The notes: a model not told the origin generated them from the sequence alone. Shown: positions 7,501 to 16,734, counted from the first letter of the stretch. The stretch: DNA of 32,000 nucleotides from Candidatus Saccharimonadota bacterium (GCF_002214165.1 NZ_CP019964.1:60001-92000), one strand, 5' to 3'. Numbers and translations: made by a program.

Positions 7501-9245
7501 ACAAGGTAACCTTCATGGTGAATCTAAGAGATATAGTTTACGAGTACGCAATTAAAAATGCATTTTCTTATGGAAAAGCTAATTTTGGGAGTGTACTAAG
7601 CAAGGCAATATCAAAAGTGCCAGAGTCAAAGAAAGATATGCAATTGCTGAAGGACACAGTAAATGAGGTAGTCAATTCCGTCAATGCAATGAGCAAAGAG
7701 GATATTAATAGAGAATATTCTAAATATGCTGACATATTCGAAAAAGAATACCAAGAGAAGTTAGAAACCACATCAAAAGCAAATATAAAAATAGAAGGTG
7801 CCGAGAAAGGCAACGTTATTACCAGATTTCCTCCAGAACCCGGTGGATATATACATATAGGAAATGCCAAACAGTGCATATTGAGCGACGAAATATCAAA
7901 GCTTTACGACGGCAAAATATACCTCTACTGGGACGATACGAATCCAGAAAAATGCAAGGAGCAGTATATCTCAAGCATAAAGGAGGACACTGCCTGGCTA
8001 GGGATAAAGTTTGACAAAGAATACTATGCAAGCGACAACATAGATAAGATATACGATTACGGGAGGAAACTTATTACTGATGGCAACGCATATGTATGCG
8101 GCTGCAGCCCTGAAGAAATCAACAATAATCGGCGCAATGGAATCGAATGCAAAGATCGGCTAAGGCCCACAGAAGAAAATAGGGAGCTTTTCGAAAAGAT
8201 GATAAGTGGCGATGTGGAAGGAGGAAAGCTGATAGTTAGATTTAAGGGAGATATGAAATCAGAAAATTCTGCGATGAGGGACCCAACATTATTTAGGATA
8301 AATAAAGCGCCCCATTACCGGCAAGGCACAAAGTATTCAGTTTGGCCGACTTACCATATGAATACACCAATCCTAGATTCTATAAATGGCATAACCGATG
8401 CGATAAGAAGCAAAGAGTACGAGGTATGGGATTCAGTAGACAAAAAACTAATTTCATGTTTGGGGTTAAGGCAACCACGCATCCATTATGAAGCAAGGCT
8501 GAATATAGAGGGGACTATAACGAAGAAAAGACTTATAAGGGAATTTATAAACAAGGGATACATAAAGGAGTGGGATGACCCAAGGTTAGTCACGATATCT
8601 GCATTGAAAAGAAGAGGAATACTGCCCGAAGCTATAAAGAATTTCATCCTTAAATTTGGAATGAGCAGAAATGATACAACAGTAAAGATGGATATGCTTT
8701 TATCAGAAAACAAGAGGATATTAGAGCCAACAGTGCCCCACCTATTTTTCATCTCCAATCCACTCGAGCTACAAGTAGATGGAATTGATGCAGCACCAAA
8801 ACTCAAACTCAACCCTAACGACAAGCAAAATCCAGCATACAGGGAGTACCCCAAAGACGATAAATTTTACATATCAAAAAATTCAATTTCCGATCTAGCA
8901 ATAGGCAGCACGGTAAAGCTAAAGGATTTTATAAATCTGCAGCTGGTATCAATAGAAGACAAGAAAGTAACCGCCAAAGCCTTGGACGGCAAAGAACATT
9001 TCGATAAAATAATAACATGGACACCTTACAACGGGAAGGCTGCAAGTTCTATTCTAATACCTGGAGAAATAGTAGACAAAGCCGAAAATTATATACCAGA
9101 AAGCATCAAATACGTGGAAGGATATGCTGAAGGATATGCAACCGAATTAAAAGTTGGGGATATAGTATTATTTGAAAAATTCGGTTACTGCCGGCTAGAT
9201 AAGATAAGCGAAGGCAAGTACGATTTTATATTTACTTCCGGCTGA
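7497..9245 (+). CDS. gltX: Glutamyl-tRNA synthetase, archaeal type
   Basis: Class I HIGH region FPPEPGGYIHIGNAK, plus RFKGDM..NSAMRDPTLFRI and WPTYHMNTPILD. The length is typical of archaeal GluRS. Confidence 0.85.
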   Translation: MNKVTFMVNLRDIVYEYAIKNAFSYGKANFGSVLSKAISKVPESKKDMQLLKDTVNEVVNSVNAMSKEDINREYSKYADIFEKEYQEKLETTSKANIKIEGAEKGNVITRFPPEPGGYIHIGNAKQCILSDEISKLYDGKIYLYWDDTNPEKCKEQYISSIKEDTAWLGIKFDKEYYASDNIDKIYDYGRKLITDGNAYVCGCSPEEINNNRRNGIECKDRLRPTEENRELFEKMISGDVEGGKLIVRFKGDMKSENSAMRDPTLFRINKAPHYRQGTKYSVWPTYHMNTPILDSINGITDAIRSKEYEVWDSVDKKLISCLGLRQPRIHYEARLNIEGTITKKRLIREFINKGYIKEWDDPRLVTISALKRRGILPEAIKNFILKFGMSRNDTTVKMDMLLSENKRILEPTVPHLFFISNPLELQVDGIDAAPKLKLNPNDKQNPAYREYPKDDKFYISKNSISDLAIGSTVKLKDFINLQLVSIEDKKVTAKALDGKEHFDKIITWTPYNGKAASSILIPGEIVDKAENYIPESIKYVEGYAEGYATELKVGDIVLFEKFGYCRLDKISEGKYDFIFTSG

Positions 9246-9911
9246 TTATTTCTTCTTTAGAACGGCAAACATATGAAGCTTGTCAAATGGATTAATGTCT
9301 ATCTTTTCCACTATGTCAAAAACATCTTTTAGTTTTCGAAGCTCGTCTTCAAAAACATCCTCAGGTTTCCTGCCGACATCAATGCTTTGTGATTTTATTA
9401 TGAAGTAAGCAATGCCGCCTTTTTTTAGGAAAATGCTGTTTGCTTTCAGTATACCTGATTGGTCTCTTGCGGAGACATCCTGGTATATCACATCACAGCT
9501 TTCCTCCTTTACGAGATTTTTGTAATTATCTATTGCCATAGCATCGCTCAATATGGGAAGCATATTGTGCCTCAGTTCACACAGATTCAAAAATTCACGC
9601 ATGCTCCTTTTCGATATCTCTACACCATACAGTCTTCCATTAGCGCCTATTATATCGCTAACATGGCTCGAGGTAGTCCCTGTTGACACACCCAAGTAAA
9701 GCACGTGTGTACCTCCCTTTATCGCTATGGTTTTAAGCCCTTTCAGTATTGCGGCTGCCAATTTGCTCCTGTAAGGATTCCAGAGCCTGTATTCTATATT
9801 GTCTTTTTGTATTAGTTCCTCTCCATATACACGGTGACCGGTTATAAGATTTTTCGTCGCAAGCCTGCCATCTACTTTGAATATGCTATCTGATATATTA
9901 ATAAATTCCAT
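9246..9911 (-). CDS. flpA: Fibrillarin-like rRNA/tRNA 2'-O-methyltransferase
   Basis: YRLWNPYRSKLAAAIL, VLYLGVSTGTTSSHVSDI (SAM motif) and DVIYQDVSARDQ match the family. Confidence 0.85.
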   Translation of the reverse strand: MEFINISDSIFKVDGRLATKNLITGHRVYGEELIQKDNIEYRLWNPYRSKLAAAILKGLKTIAIKGGTHVLYLGVSTGTTSSHVSDIIGANGRLYGVEISKRSMREFLNLCELRHNMLPILSDAMAIDNYKNLVKEESCDVIYQDVSARDQSGILKANSIFLKKGGIAYFIIKSQSIDVGRKPEDVFEDELRKLKDVFDIVEKIDINPFDKLHMFAVLKKK

Positions 9912-9997
9912 AAAACTACCTTAAAAAATAAAGGTATAAAAATTTAATATAACTATTTGTAATTAGCGCATTTCTCAAATCTATAATCGTGTTTAAT

Positions 9998-12202
9998 ATG
10001 GTGGAAGATATATTCATAAACAAATTTCTGGCAGACATGATCAATCTTACAAATACTACAGATACTGAGTATGGTTTAAAGGACTATCTTTCCAGGATGT
10101 TTGGCATAGAGAATATAACTGTAAAGATGTTTGATACTGAAAGATTCAACCAAAGCTCACTTGAAGCTTACATTTCCAACACGAAGAAAAGTTACATAGA
10201 CAACGAAATAAATGAGTATTCTGCATTCCCCGAATTGCTTAACTACCGCAATAATGGGTATAGCAGCTGTCTTATTGCACCAATAAAGGTGGACAATAGG
10301 GTTATAGGAGAAGTAAACCTGTTTTCCACACATCCAAATAAATTCACCCCAGACATATCAAGCCTTATAGAGTTGAGCGTCACCCTTTTTGGTCTTAACT
10401 TGTATTATAGTTCTGAAAAGAAGAAAGTAGAGCGGATAACAAGCTACTTTGATGCATCATTTAACTCATCAGTCCCTCAGGCATTAGTCAACTCAGCAGG
10501 AGATATCCTGAAGTTCAATAAGCAATTCGTAAATCTAATAGGAAGTTATCCAGAGGACAAGAAAATAGCAAGCGCAATAGGGGTGAACTTTTCGGACCTG
10601 TATGATCTTACAGATGGAAAATACATCCAGAAAGCAATAAAAAATGGCAAACCTGTTAGAATAAACTCATACAAGATAAGGGATTCTCTGATACATATAA
10701 CATTAATCGATCAATCAGAGCATGAACTACTTAGCTCTATAAATTCCGCAATCAACCTGCAAAACCAATTCTTGATTCTAATATTGGACGATAAATTGGA
10801 TATAAGAAATTTTGCAGGATCTCTATATGACAAGTTCAATGAGATACATGACCTGTTGACCGGAAAAAACCTAAATAGCTTCGTAGGAGAGGCTAATGGA
10901 AAGCTGATTGACGAGTCTCTAAAAAATCAGCAGTCCTTCAAATCTACCTTGCAAATTGAATTCCCAAACAAGTCAATAAATGGGAGGATATCAATAGAAA
11001 AATGTTCAATGGGCTATGCGGCGATGATAACCAACATAGAGAAAGAGCTGTATGCAGAAAACCTTGATAATACCTTAGACGATTTCATAAACACAACAAC
11101 GGACATGATAATAAAGGTTAATGAATTTGGCTATATAGAAGACTGCAATGATCCCACTGTAAAAAACCTTGGTTATCCGGATAAATCCGGCTTAATAGGA
11201 AAGGAAATAAAATCGATATACTACGAGGGAGATTTAGAAACTTTCGATACAAATTTCTCATTTATCCGCAAAGGGGAGCCGATAAACTCGATAAGCTCCA
11301 ACATGATAAAAAGGGATGGAGATTCAATACCTGTAATTTACTCAATAAGAAGGATTGATGACAAATCCAGCCAAAAATATATTTTAATAATACATAGCTT
11401 GGAGACTAAAAGGGAGCTCCAAGACATGGAGAGCAAACTTCACAAATCAGATATCCAAGCAAAGCACTTCAAGAGTGCAAGTGACCTAAAGTCAGAGTTC
11501 ATATATGACATAACCCATGAGCTTAAGACCCCTCTGACAAATATAAAGGGATTTGCCAAGCTGATGAAAGACGGAGAATTCGGACAGATCAATGAAGACC
11601 AAGCCAGTTATCTAGATACAATACTTGAAGAATCTGATAGGCTTATGCTCATAATATCACAAGTCCTCGATGCGGCGAAGTTGGAGGCAGACAAGGTAAA
11701 GCTGGATGTAAGAGAGGTTAACCTAAAGGAGCTCTACTCAAACCCTAGCATAAAGTCCATGGAGGAAGCAGCTAAGAACAAGGGATTGTCATTTACTTGG
11801 GATATAGCTTATGATGTGCCAAATATAGATGCCGACTTAAACAGGCTTATACAAGTATTGGTAAATCTTATAGGGAATTCAATCAAGTTCACTGAATCAG
11901 GTGGGATCACAGTAAAGATATTCAAGAAATCACGCAAATCAGTTCAATTTGAGGTAAATGATACCGGGATAGGGATAAGTGACGAGGACAAAAGGAAAAT
12001 ATTCAAGAAATTCTACCAAGCCCCTAAAAGAGGGCTAGTAAAGCCGGATGGAACTGGAACAGGTCTAGGATTAGCAATAACAAAAGATATAGTATCGCTT
12101 CATGGCGGCAAGATACGTTTTGACTCCAAACTAGGAAAAGGCACTAAATTCTGGTTTACTCTTCCGATAACCTACAAGAACAAGGCTTCAAATAAGGCTT
12201 AA
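9998..12202 (+). CDS. Cytoplasmic sensor histidine kinase (GAF-like, PAS repeats, HisKA, HATPase_c)
   Basis: H-box ITHELKTPLTNIKGF, N-box LIGNSIKFT, G1 DTGIGI and G2 GTGTGLGLAI. The N-terminal GAF-like end is CLIAPIKVDNRVIGEVNLFS. No TM segments are present. ATG is at 9998; the track ORF starts at GTG 9989. Confidence 0.85.
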   Translation: MVEDIFINKFLADMINLTNTTDTEYGLKDYLSRMFGIENITVKMFDTERFNQSSLEAYISNTKKSYIDNEINEYSAFPELLNYRNNGYSSCLIAPIKVDNRVIGEVNLFSTHPNKFTPDISSLIELSVTLFGLNLYYSSEKKKVERITSYFDASFNSSVPQALVNSAGDILKFNKQFVNLIGSYPEDKKIASAIGVNFSDLYDLTDGKYIQKAIKNGKPVRINSYKIRDSLIHITLIDQSEHELLSSINSAINLQNQFLILILDDKLDIRNFAGSLYDKFNEIHDLLTGKNLNSFVGEANGKLIDESLKNQQSFKSTLQIEFPNKSINGRISIEKCSMGYAAMITNIEKELYAENLDNTLDDFINTTTDMIIKVNEFGYIEDCNDPTVKNLGYPDKSGLIGKEIKSIYYEGDLETFDTNFSFIRKGEPINSISSNMIKRDGDSIPVIYSIRRIDDKSSQKYILIIHSLETKRELQDMESKLHKSDIQAKHFKSASDLKSEFIYDITHELKTPLTNIKGFAKLMKDGEFGQINEDQASYLDTILEESDRLMLIISQVLDAAKLEADKVKLDVREVNLKELYSNPSIKSMEEAAKNKGLSFTWDIAYDVPNIDADLNRLIQVLVNLIGNSIKFTESGGITVKIFKKSRKSVQFEVNDTGIGISDEDKRKIFKKFYQAPKRGLVKPDGTGTGLGLAITKDIVSLHGGKIRFDSKLGKGTKFWFTLPITYKNKASNKA

Positions 12203-12204
12203 TC

Positions 12205-12750
12205 TCAGCCGAATGTTGCATTATAAGTTATATGGGAATAATCAGGAGATATACCCAAACTTGGGCTGACGGGATATATATTTAGTGTCGCATTGTCACT
12301 GCTAACACTGGTCATCTTTATTATTAGGTTTGCATATTTTCCTGATGTATTTATATGTACTAATGTACCAACAGGAAGATTCACCTCGATAGGCTTGTTT
12401 ATGAATATAGGGGATTTTGTAATATAAACATCAGCAGTATTGGATTTTGAGTTTGTGCTATAAAGGTATATCGAATATTCAGAATTATTTATACTGTAAA
12501 CAATCCCTTTTGAAGTGCCTATTGATAATGTCACATTTCCCTTGTAAACCCCGGTATTATAGTATGCTGCGACTGCAATTACTATAATAATTATCAACAC
12601 AACTAGAATTGCGATTCCATAAGTCATATTATTGTATTTATTCTTTGATTTAAGCTTTGGCGATCCAAGCTTGTTCTGACCCTTTTTAACTTTAGTGGGA
12701 TTGCGATTATTTAGCAATTTGTCAGCATCGCTTTCTTTTTTATCAACCAT
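12205..12750 (-). CDS. Single-pass membrane protein with a Lys-rich cytoplasmic N-terminus and a beta-rich, sequon-rich ectodomain
   Basis: The likely start is ATG 12750 (MVDKKESD..). The TM is YGIAILVVLIIIIVIAVAAYY. No family was recognised. The upstream extension in the track ORF runs through the divergent promoter region. Confidence 0.5.
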   Translation of the reverse strand: MVDKKESDADKLLNNRNPTKVKKGQNKLGSPKLKSKNKYNNMTYGIAILVVLIIIIVIAVAAYYNTGVYKGNVTLSIGTSKGIVYSINNSEYSIYLYSTNSKSNTADVYITKSPIFINKPIEVNLPVGTLVHINTSGKYANLIIKMTSVSSDNATLNIYPVSPSLGISPDYSHITYNATFG

Positions 12751-12894
12751 AAATGCACCATCAATTAGAAATGAATACAGAAAAAGATTATCTATATAAC
12801 TATAAATACATTTCGTTATACCAATGCAAGAAAGAATCAAATTAAATTTATGTGTTAATACGAGCAAAACATTGCCATATAGCAAATAGAAATG

Positions 12895-12904
12895 TTTTTA
12901 TAAA
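12895..12904 (+). promoter_or_regulatory. TATA box (TTTTTATAAA) for the response-regulator operon
   Basis: It is an archaeal TATA consensus. It lies about 26-35 nt upstream of the in-frame GTG 12930 and TTG 12939, which fits a leaderless or short-leader mRNA. Confidence 0.5.
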
Positions 12905-12929
12905 TGCAAAGCTATTATCTTTTGTAAAG

Positions 12930-14165
12930 GTGATAATATTGGCCAACATAGGAGAAGAGACTAATTCTGACAAGAAGAGCTCACATTATGATGAAGTGTT
13001 AAATGTTATAAATACCAACCAGCAGATAGCTTACCATGATATAAAAGATGCACTTGAAAAGGAGATAAGTGATTCGGAACTTGACAAAACTTTGAAGAAT
13101 CTTGAAAACGACAAGAAAATAATATCAAGGAGCAGTGGCGGGATAATGACCTACTACTCTTTATATGATGAACCGAGAATAAGCAAAATAATGATAGTAG
13201 AGGATGATAAAAACATAAACAAGCTAATGTCAATATCAATAGGAAAGGGGTACGACATTACACAAGTATACGATGGAGGTGAAGCATTAGGACTAATAAA
13301 AAAGATACACCCAAATCTCATAATACTTGACCTAATGCTTCCAGTAATAGACGGAATGCAGATATGTGAAAGGGTTAAGAGTGATCCTGAACTATCTTCA
13401 GCAATAGTTATCCTTGTTTCTGCCATGGACCCTACAAGCAATAGATTTAAAGGAATAAAGAACGGGGCTGATTATTACATAAAGAAGCCTTTTGATCCTC
13501 TTGAATTGCGCACACTGGTGACTTTGTTCTTGAAGAAAAAGGGAAAGCGCTTTGATCCACTGATAGATTTGCCGGACGAAGAGAGGATATCAGCAGAGCT
13601 GGAAAGGTCACTTAAGCAAGGTGAGAAGTACAAGATAGGTACATTGAGCATTGAGAACCTTGGGCCTTATGCAAATAGGTTCGGAGAGCACTCTGCCATA
13701 ATATTATTGAGGTTAATATCCCAGCTGCTTCAAGACCTAATAAAGAACAAAGACCTATTCGTTGGTTTCCTTAATAGCGACTCCTTTGTGATAGCAGGCA
13801 TGGAAGACGACGTTAACAAGGCAGTAGAGGCTGCCCAAAAGGAATTTAATGCAGTGCTTACCTTTGTAGTCCAGGATATAGGATACAGGCAGATAGACCT
13901 TAATCTGGACAACATATTCGAGTCTAACGAAATCCCAAAACTTGCATTGACATATCGTGAAGCTCCAAAAGAGCTGATTAAGGAGAGAAGAGAAAAAATA
14001 TTGATAGGCAAGGACCAGAAAAGCGGGGATTTGGGTTCATACACATATGACGAATTGCAAAAACTGTTTGGAAGGGAGGATCTTGATGTTATAATAACAA
14101 GGGATGCAAACGGTATAAAGCTTAGAGTAGGGAAGGTAAACAACGATAAAGGGGAAGAGAAATAA
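12930..14165 (+). CDS. Response regulator: winged-HTH, receiver domain and a degenerate GGDEF-like (nucleotidyl-cyclase palm-like) domain
   Basis: The REC domain has MIVEDD, IILDLMLP (phospho-Asp), VSAMD and IKKPF. The C-terminal pattern is DPLIDLP..(20 aa)..LSIENLGPYANRFGEHSAIILLRLISQLLQ..DLFVGFLNSDSFVIAG. It parallels the GGDEF consensus DPLTgLpNR..lDiDhFK.yND.yGH..GD..L..va..L....d...R.GGDEF.il. The start is uncertain (the track ORF starts at GTG 12852). Confidence 0.7.
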   Translation: MIILANIGEETNSDKKSSHYDEVLNVINTNQQIAYHDIKDALEKEISDSELDKTLKNLENDKKIISRSSGGIMTYYSLYDEPRISKIMIVEDDKNINKLMSISIGKGYDITQVYDGGEALGLIKKIHPNLIILDLMLPVIDGMQICERVKSDPELSSAIVILVSAMDPTSNRFKGIKNGADYYIKKPFDPLELRTLVTLFLKKKGKRFDPLIDLPDEERISAELERSLKQGEKYKIGTLSIENLGPYANRFGEHSAIILLRLISQLLQDLIKNKDLFVGFLNSDSFVIAGMEDDVNKAVEAAQKEFNAVLTFVVQDIGYRQIDLNLDNIFESNEIPKLALTYREAPKELIKERREKILIGKDQKSGDLGSYTYDELQKLFGREDLDVIITRDANGIKLRVGKVNNDKGEEK

Positions 14166-14711
14166 ATGTACAAGCGATCTCAGGCGGCATTGGACTTCTT
14201 GGTGTCCTATGGAATAGCATTTTTAGTAATAGCAATAGCCATCTACATAATTTTTACATCTGGAATATTCTCGCCAAGTATAACTCCAACCTCTTGTACC
14301 CCCTCTCCGGGATTTGAGTGCCTTCCTTCCTTGCTATCAACCAATGGGACTATAATAATGCGCATACTTCAGGTAACAGGAAGCACGATAAGGATAAATG
14401 GGATTGCTTGCACCACATTATTGGAGAACGCAACCAACCAAATTCCTCTATACGGAAACATAAATATTACAGGCCCTGCTGCATCCCCTCAATTCTATCC
14501 CAACGGTTATGAAATCCCAAATGGGGGCATTGAATATAGCGATAATTACACAACGTTAGAAGCAAAATGCTATGGTGGGAAAAGCTCTTTAGCTACAGGA
14601 AAATTAGGAAATATCTTTAAGGGTTATGTAGTTTTAAATTATACAATGGAAAATTCTGATAGGCCATACATAAAGCAGGAAGTTGCCTATTTGACAATTA
14701 AATATACGTAA
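14166..14711 (+). CDS. Class III signal peptide protein (archaeal type IV pilin-like)
   Basis: MYKRS/QAALDFLVSYGIAFLVIAIAIYIIF has a basic residue, a small residue, then Q+1 and an acidic +5 followed by a hydrophobic helix. The ATG directly follows the regulator's TAA. Confidence 0.65.
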   Translation: MYKRSQAALDFLVSYGIAFLVIAIAIYIIFTSGIFSPSITPTSCTPSPGFECLPSLLSTNGTIIMRILQVTGSTIRINGIACTTLLENATNQIPLYGNINITGPAASPQFYPNGYEIPNGGIEYSDNYTTLEAKCYGGKSSLATGKLGNIFKGYVVLNYTMENSDRPYIKQEVAYLTIKYT

Positions 14712-14754
14712 ATTATAAAAAATCAAAAAAGAATCTTATCGGTCTCGTGATATA

Positions 14755-15615
14755 ATGAAAAAATTGATTGTATTGATGTTCGCATTGCTGGTAATGTCAG
14801 GTTTAGGATATATATCAGCGCAATCAGCCCAAAACTCATCTTTGCAGCCCTCCTATGTAAGAATGATTGAACCATACAGCAGTATCTTATATGCGAACAG
14901 CAGTGTTTACCTTGGCAAAGTCGCACCAGGGCAAACATTCTACGTAACTATATCCTCAACATCCCTAAATAAAAATAATAAATCCATAAACTTAGGATGG
15001 AACCATTTTGTAGCATATGGATTGCCAAAGGGGTGGGTGGTAGAAAATTCCTCCTACAATATAAATGAGCCTTCGGTAAAGATAAAAGCAGCTTCAAATG
15101 CAAGTTACGGAATTTACAATTTCACATTAGAAGCAGTTAACTCTGGGGACATAGCAGGCATAGGAGAGCCAAAAATACATGCAGAAATAAATGTCTCCAA
15201 AGATGTTATAAAGTTGTATCTACCTTATACCAGCATAAAAATAAACCCTCTGCAGGCAAGTATAGTTTACGTTATAATAAACAATACAGGAGTTTCAGAT
15301 AATCCATTCATAATAGGATCAACAGGCGTGCCTGGCTGGAATTTTACCCAATCAGTAATATCAAAGCATGGAAGCAGCAATGAATTCGCTTATCCCGTGA
15401 AAGTAGATGCACCAGGAATATACACAATGTCATTATACGTTAGGTCGGCTACCAGCCCCGAAGTATACGAATCAGAGAATATAAGTGTAACCGCAAGAAG
15501 CACGTTGTTTACAGATTATAATTCAATAGGATCAGGATCCGTATTGTTCCCAATAATATATGCCCCAGTCGATGCTGTAATGTACCTGATTGGGGTTTTA
15601 GTTAAAGTGATGTAA
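14755..15615 (+). CDS. Secreted surface protein with two beta-sandwich (CARDB/NEW3-like) modules and a C-terminal TM anchor
   Basis: Sec signal MKKLIVLMFALLVMSGLGYISAQSA. Repeated module ends are GLPKGWVVENSS and GVPGWNFTQSV. It has many N-x-S/T sequons and the C-terminal TM VDAVMYLIGVLV. Confidence 0.55.
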   Translation: MKKLIVLMFALLVMSGLGYISAQSAQNSSLQPSYVRMIEPYSSILYANSSVYLGKVAPGQTFYVTISSTSLNKNNKSINLGWNHFVAYGLPKGWVVENSSYNINEPSVKIKAASNASYGIYNFTLEAVNSGDIAGIGEPKIHAEINVSKDVIKLYLPYTSIKINPLQASIVYVIINNTGVSDNPFIIGSTGVPGWNFTQSVISKHGSSNEFAYPVKVDAPGIYTMSLYVRSATSPEVYESENISVTARSTLFTDYNSIGSGSVLFPIIYAPVDAVMYLIGVLVKVM

Positions 15616-15616
15616 A

Positions 15617-16321
15617 ATGCCCAAAAAGAATTCAGATAAAAATTCAAATAAAAAGAAGCAGATGAAAGTAGCATATGTAAAATTGGCTTCATTAAAGGAT
15701 TTTGTCAAGTCGTCATGTGACTTCAGCAGGAACTTCCTCTCTTCAATATCCATGAAGGAAGGGAAGAGATACAGGCTTATAGCCGAGGGCGAAAGGATAA
15801 ATGAAACTGAGATACTATACTATTATGATACGGATAAAATAAGCAATTTCATAATATACAACCCAGTGAAAGATTTGGAGCCTGAAATGTCGTCAAAAAA
15901 GGACAATACTGACATGTACAACAACTATATAATAAGCATAGCTAGCATGCTATCAAACCCTTTTAAGGAATCAGAGCTAAAGCAGGGATCGGTCAACATG
16001 GTTGAAATTGAATCCTATAAAGCACTGCTGATAGCCGCAATCAATCGTTTTTCAGATGACAACTCCATAGGGAAGATTTACCTTTTCAATTATGGCAAGA
16101 AGCCTTATATAGGAACATTCAACCTAATGAATGGCAGCGATAACAGCACATTTTTCTTCTCAAAGCTTCCAGAAGAGATGTTAAAAGAGGACAATGGATT
16201 CTTTAAATATGATTATAACTCTGACAGCATAGAAATAAATAATAACTTTTCTACCGATAACTTAATACACGTCAGGATTGTGAATTTGGCAGAGCCGTTC
16301 AAGTTTTTTAAGCCCGAATAG
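15617..16321 (+). CDS. Hypothetical cytoplasmic protein with a Lys-rich N-terminus
   Basis: The ORF starts 1 nt after the previous stop. No family was recognised. Its last 10 nt overlap the 5' end of tRNA-Asn. Confidence 0.45.
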   Translation: MPKKNSDKNSNKKKQMKVAYVKLASLKDFVKSSCDFSRNFLSSISMKEGKRYRLIAEGERINETEILYYYDTDKISNFIIYNPVKDLEPEMSSKKDNTDMYNNYIISIASMLSNPFKESELKQGSVNMVEIESYKALLIAAINRFSDDNSIGKIYLFNYGKKPYIGTFNLMNGSDNSTFFFSKLPEEMLKEDNGFFKYDYNSDSIEINNNFSTDNLIHVRIVNLAEPFKFFKPE

Positions 16322-16383
16322 CTCAGTGGTAGAGCGACTGACTGTTAATCAGTAGGTCGTAGGTCCGATCCCTACTCCGGGCG
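16312..16383 (+). tRNA. tRNA-Asn (GTT)
   Basis: Manual cloverleaf: GCCCGAA TA GCTC AGTGGTA GAGC G ACTGA CTGTTAA TCAGT AGGTC GTAGG TCCGATC CCTAC TCCGGGC G. There is one A-C mismatch at 6:67. CCA is not encoded. Confidence 0.85.
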
Positions 16384-16734
16384 CTTGTGCTTTACAATCA
16401 ATCCTAATCGTCAAGCTATTTATTTTGATATGTGACACTGTGCTGCCTGATAGCAAATAATACAAGTAATAGAAGAAATACAAGTAATAGAAAATCAAGA
16501 AGCCAATATCTGATATATTGCTTTAGCAATCGTACGCGTAATATAGTTAGCTATATAACGATATCTCGATATAAAAATCCAAAAGGAAAAAGGCTTAAAC
16601 ATAACATATTATATATTGACTATAGGTGTTATACAATTTCACAAGAAACAACCACTATGCAACTAAATAAATCCGTTGTTAAGGCACTTAAGCAAATAAA
16701 GAAATACTCCAGAGAGACTTATAATAGGACAATC

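Noticed and set aside
13730-14173. 147-aa minus-strand ORF
   Set aside because: It is antisense to the response-regulator gene. It has a Ser/Leu/Phe-rich composition typical of shadow frames, with no motifs.
15540-15615. C-terminal hydrophobic tail of the surface protein, considered as a PGF-CTERM-type archaeosortase signal
   Set aside because: It has no PGF/PEF/VPXXXP-like motif and no Arg/Lys cluster after the TM. It is mentioned only as the nearest candidate substrate.
16459-16492. 16-nt direct repeat AATACAAGTAATAGAA occurring twice with an 18-nt period; considered as a mini CRISPR or att site
   Set aside because: There are only two copies, with a 2-nt spacer, in low-complexity AT-rich DNA. 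It has no CRISPR-like architecture and no match to the tRNA-Asn 3' end.
16519-16527. 9-mer TGCTTTAGC shared with the loop of the IS left-end hairpin (956..964); considered as a remnant left end of the decayed copy
   Set aside because: There are no flanking stem sequences and no further similarity. A single 9-mer match in 32 kb is compatible with chance.
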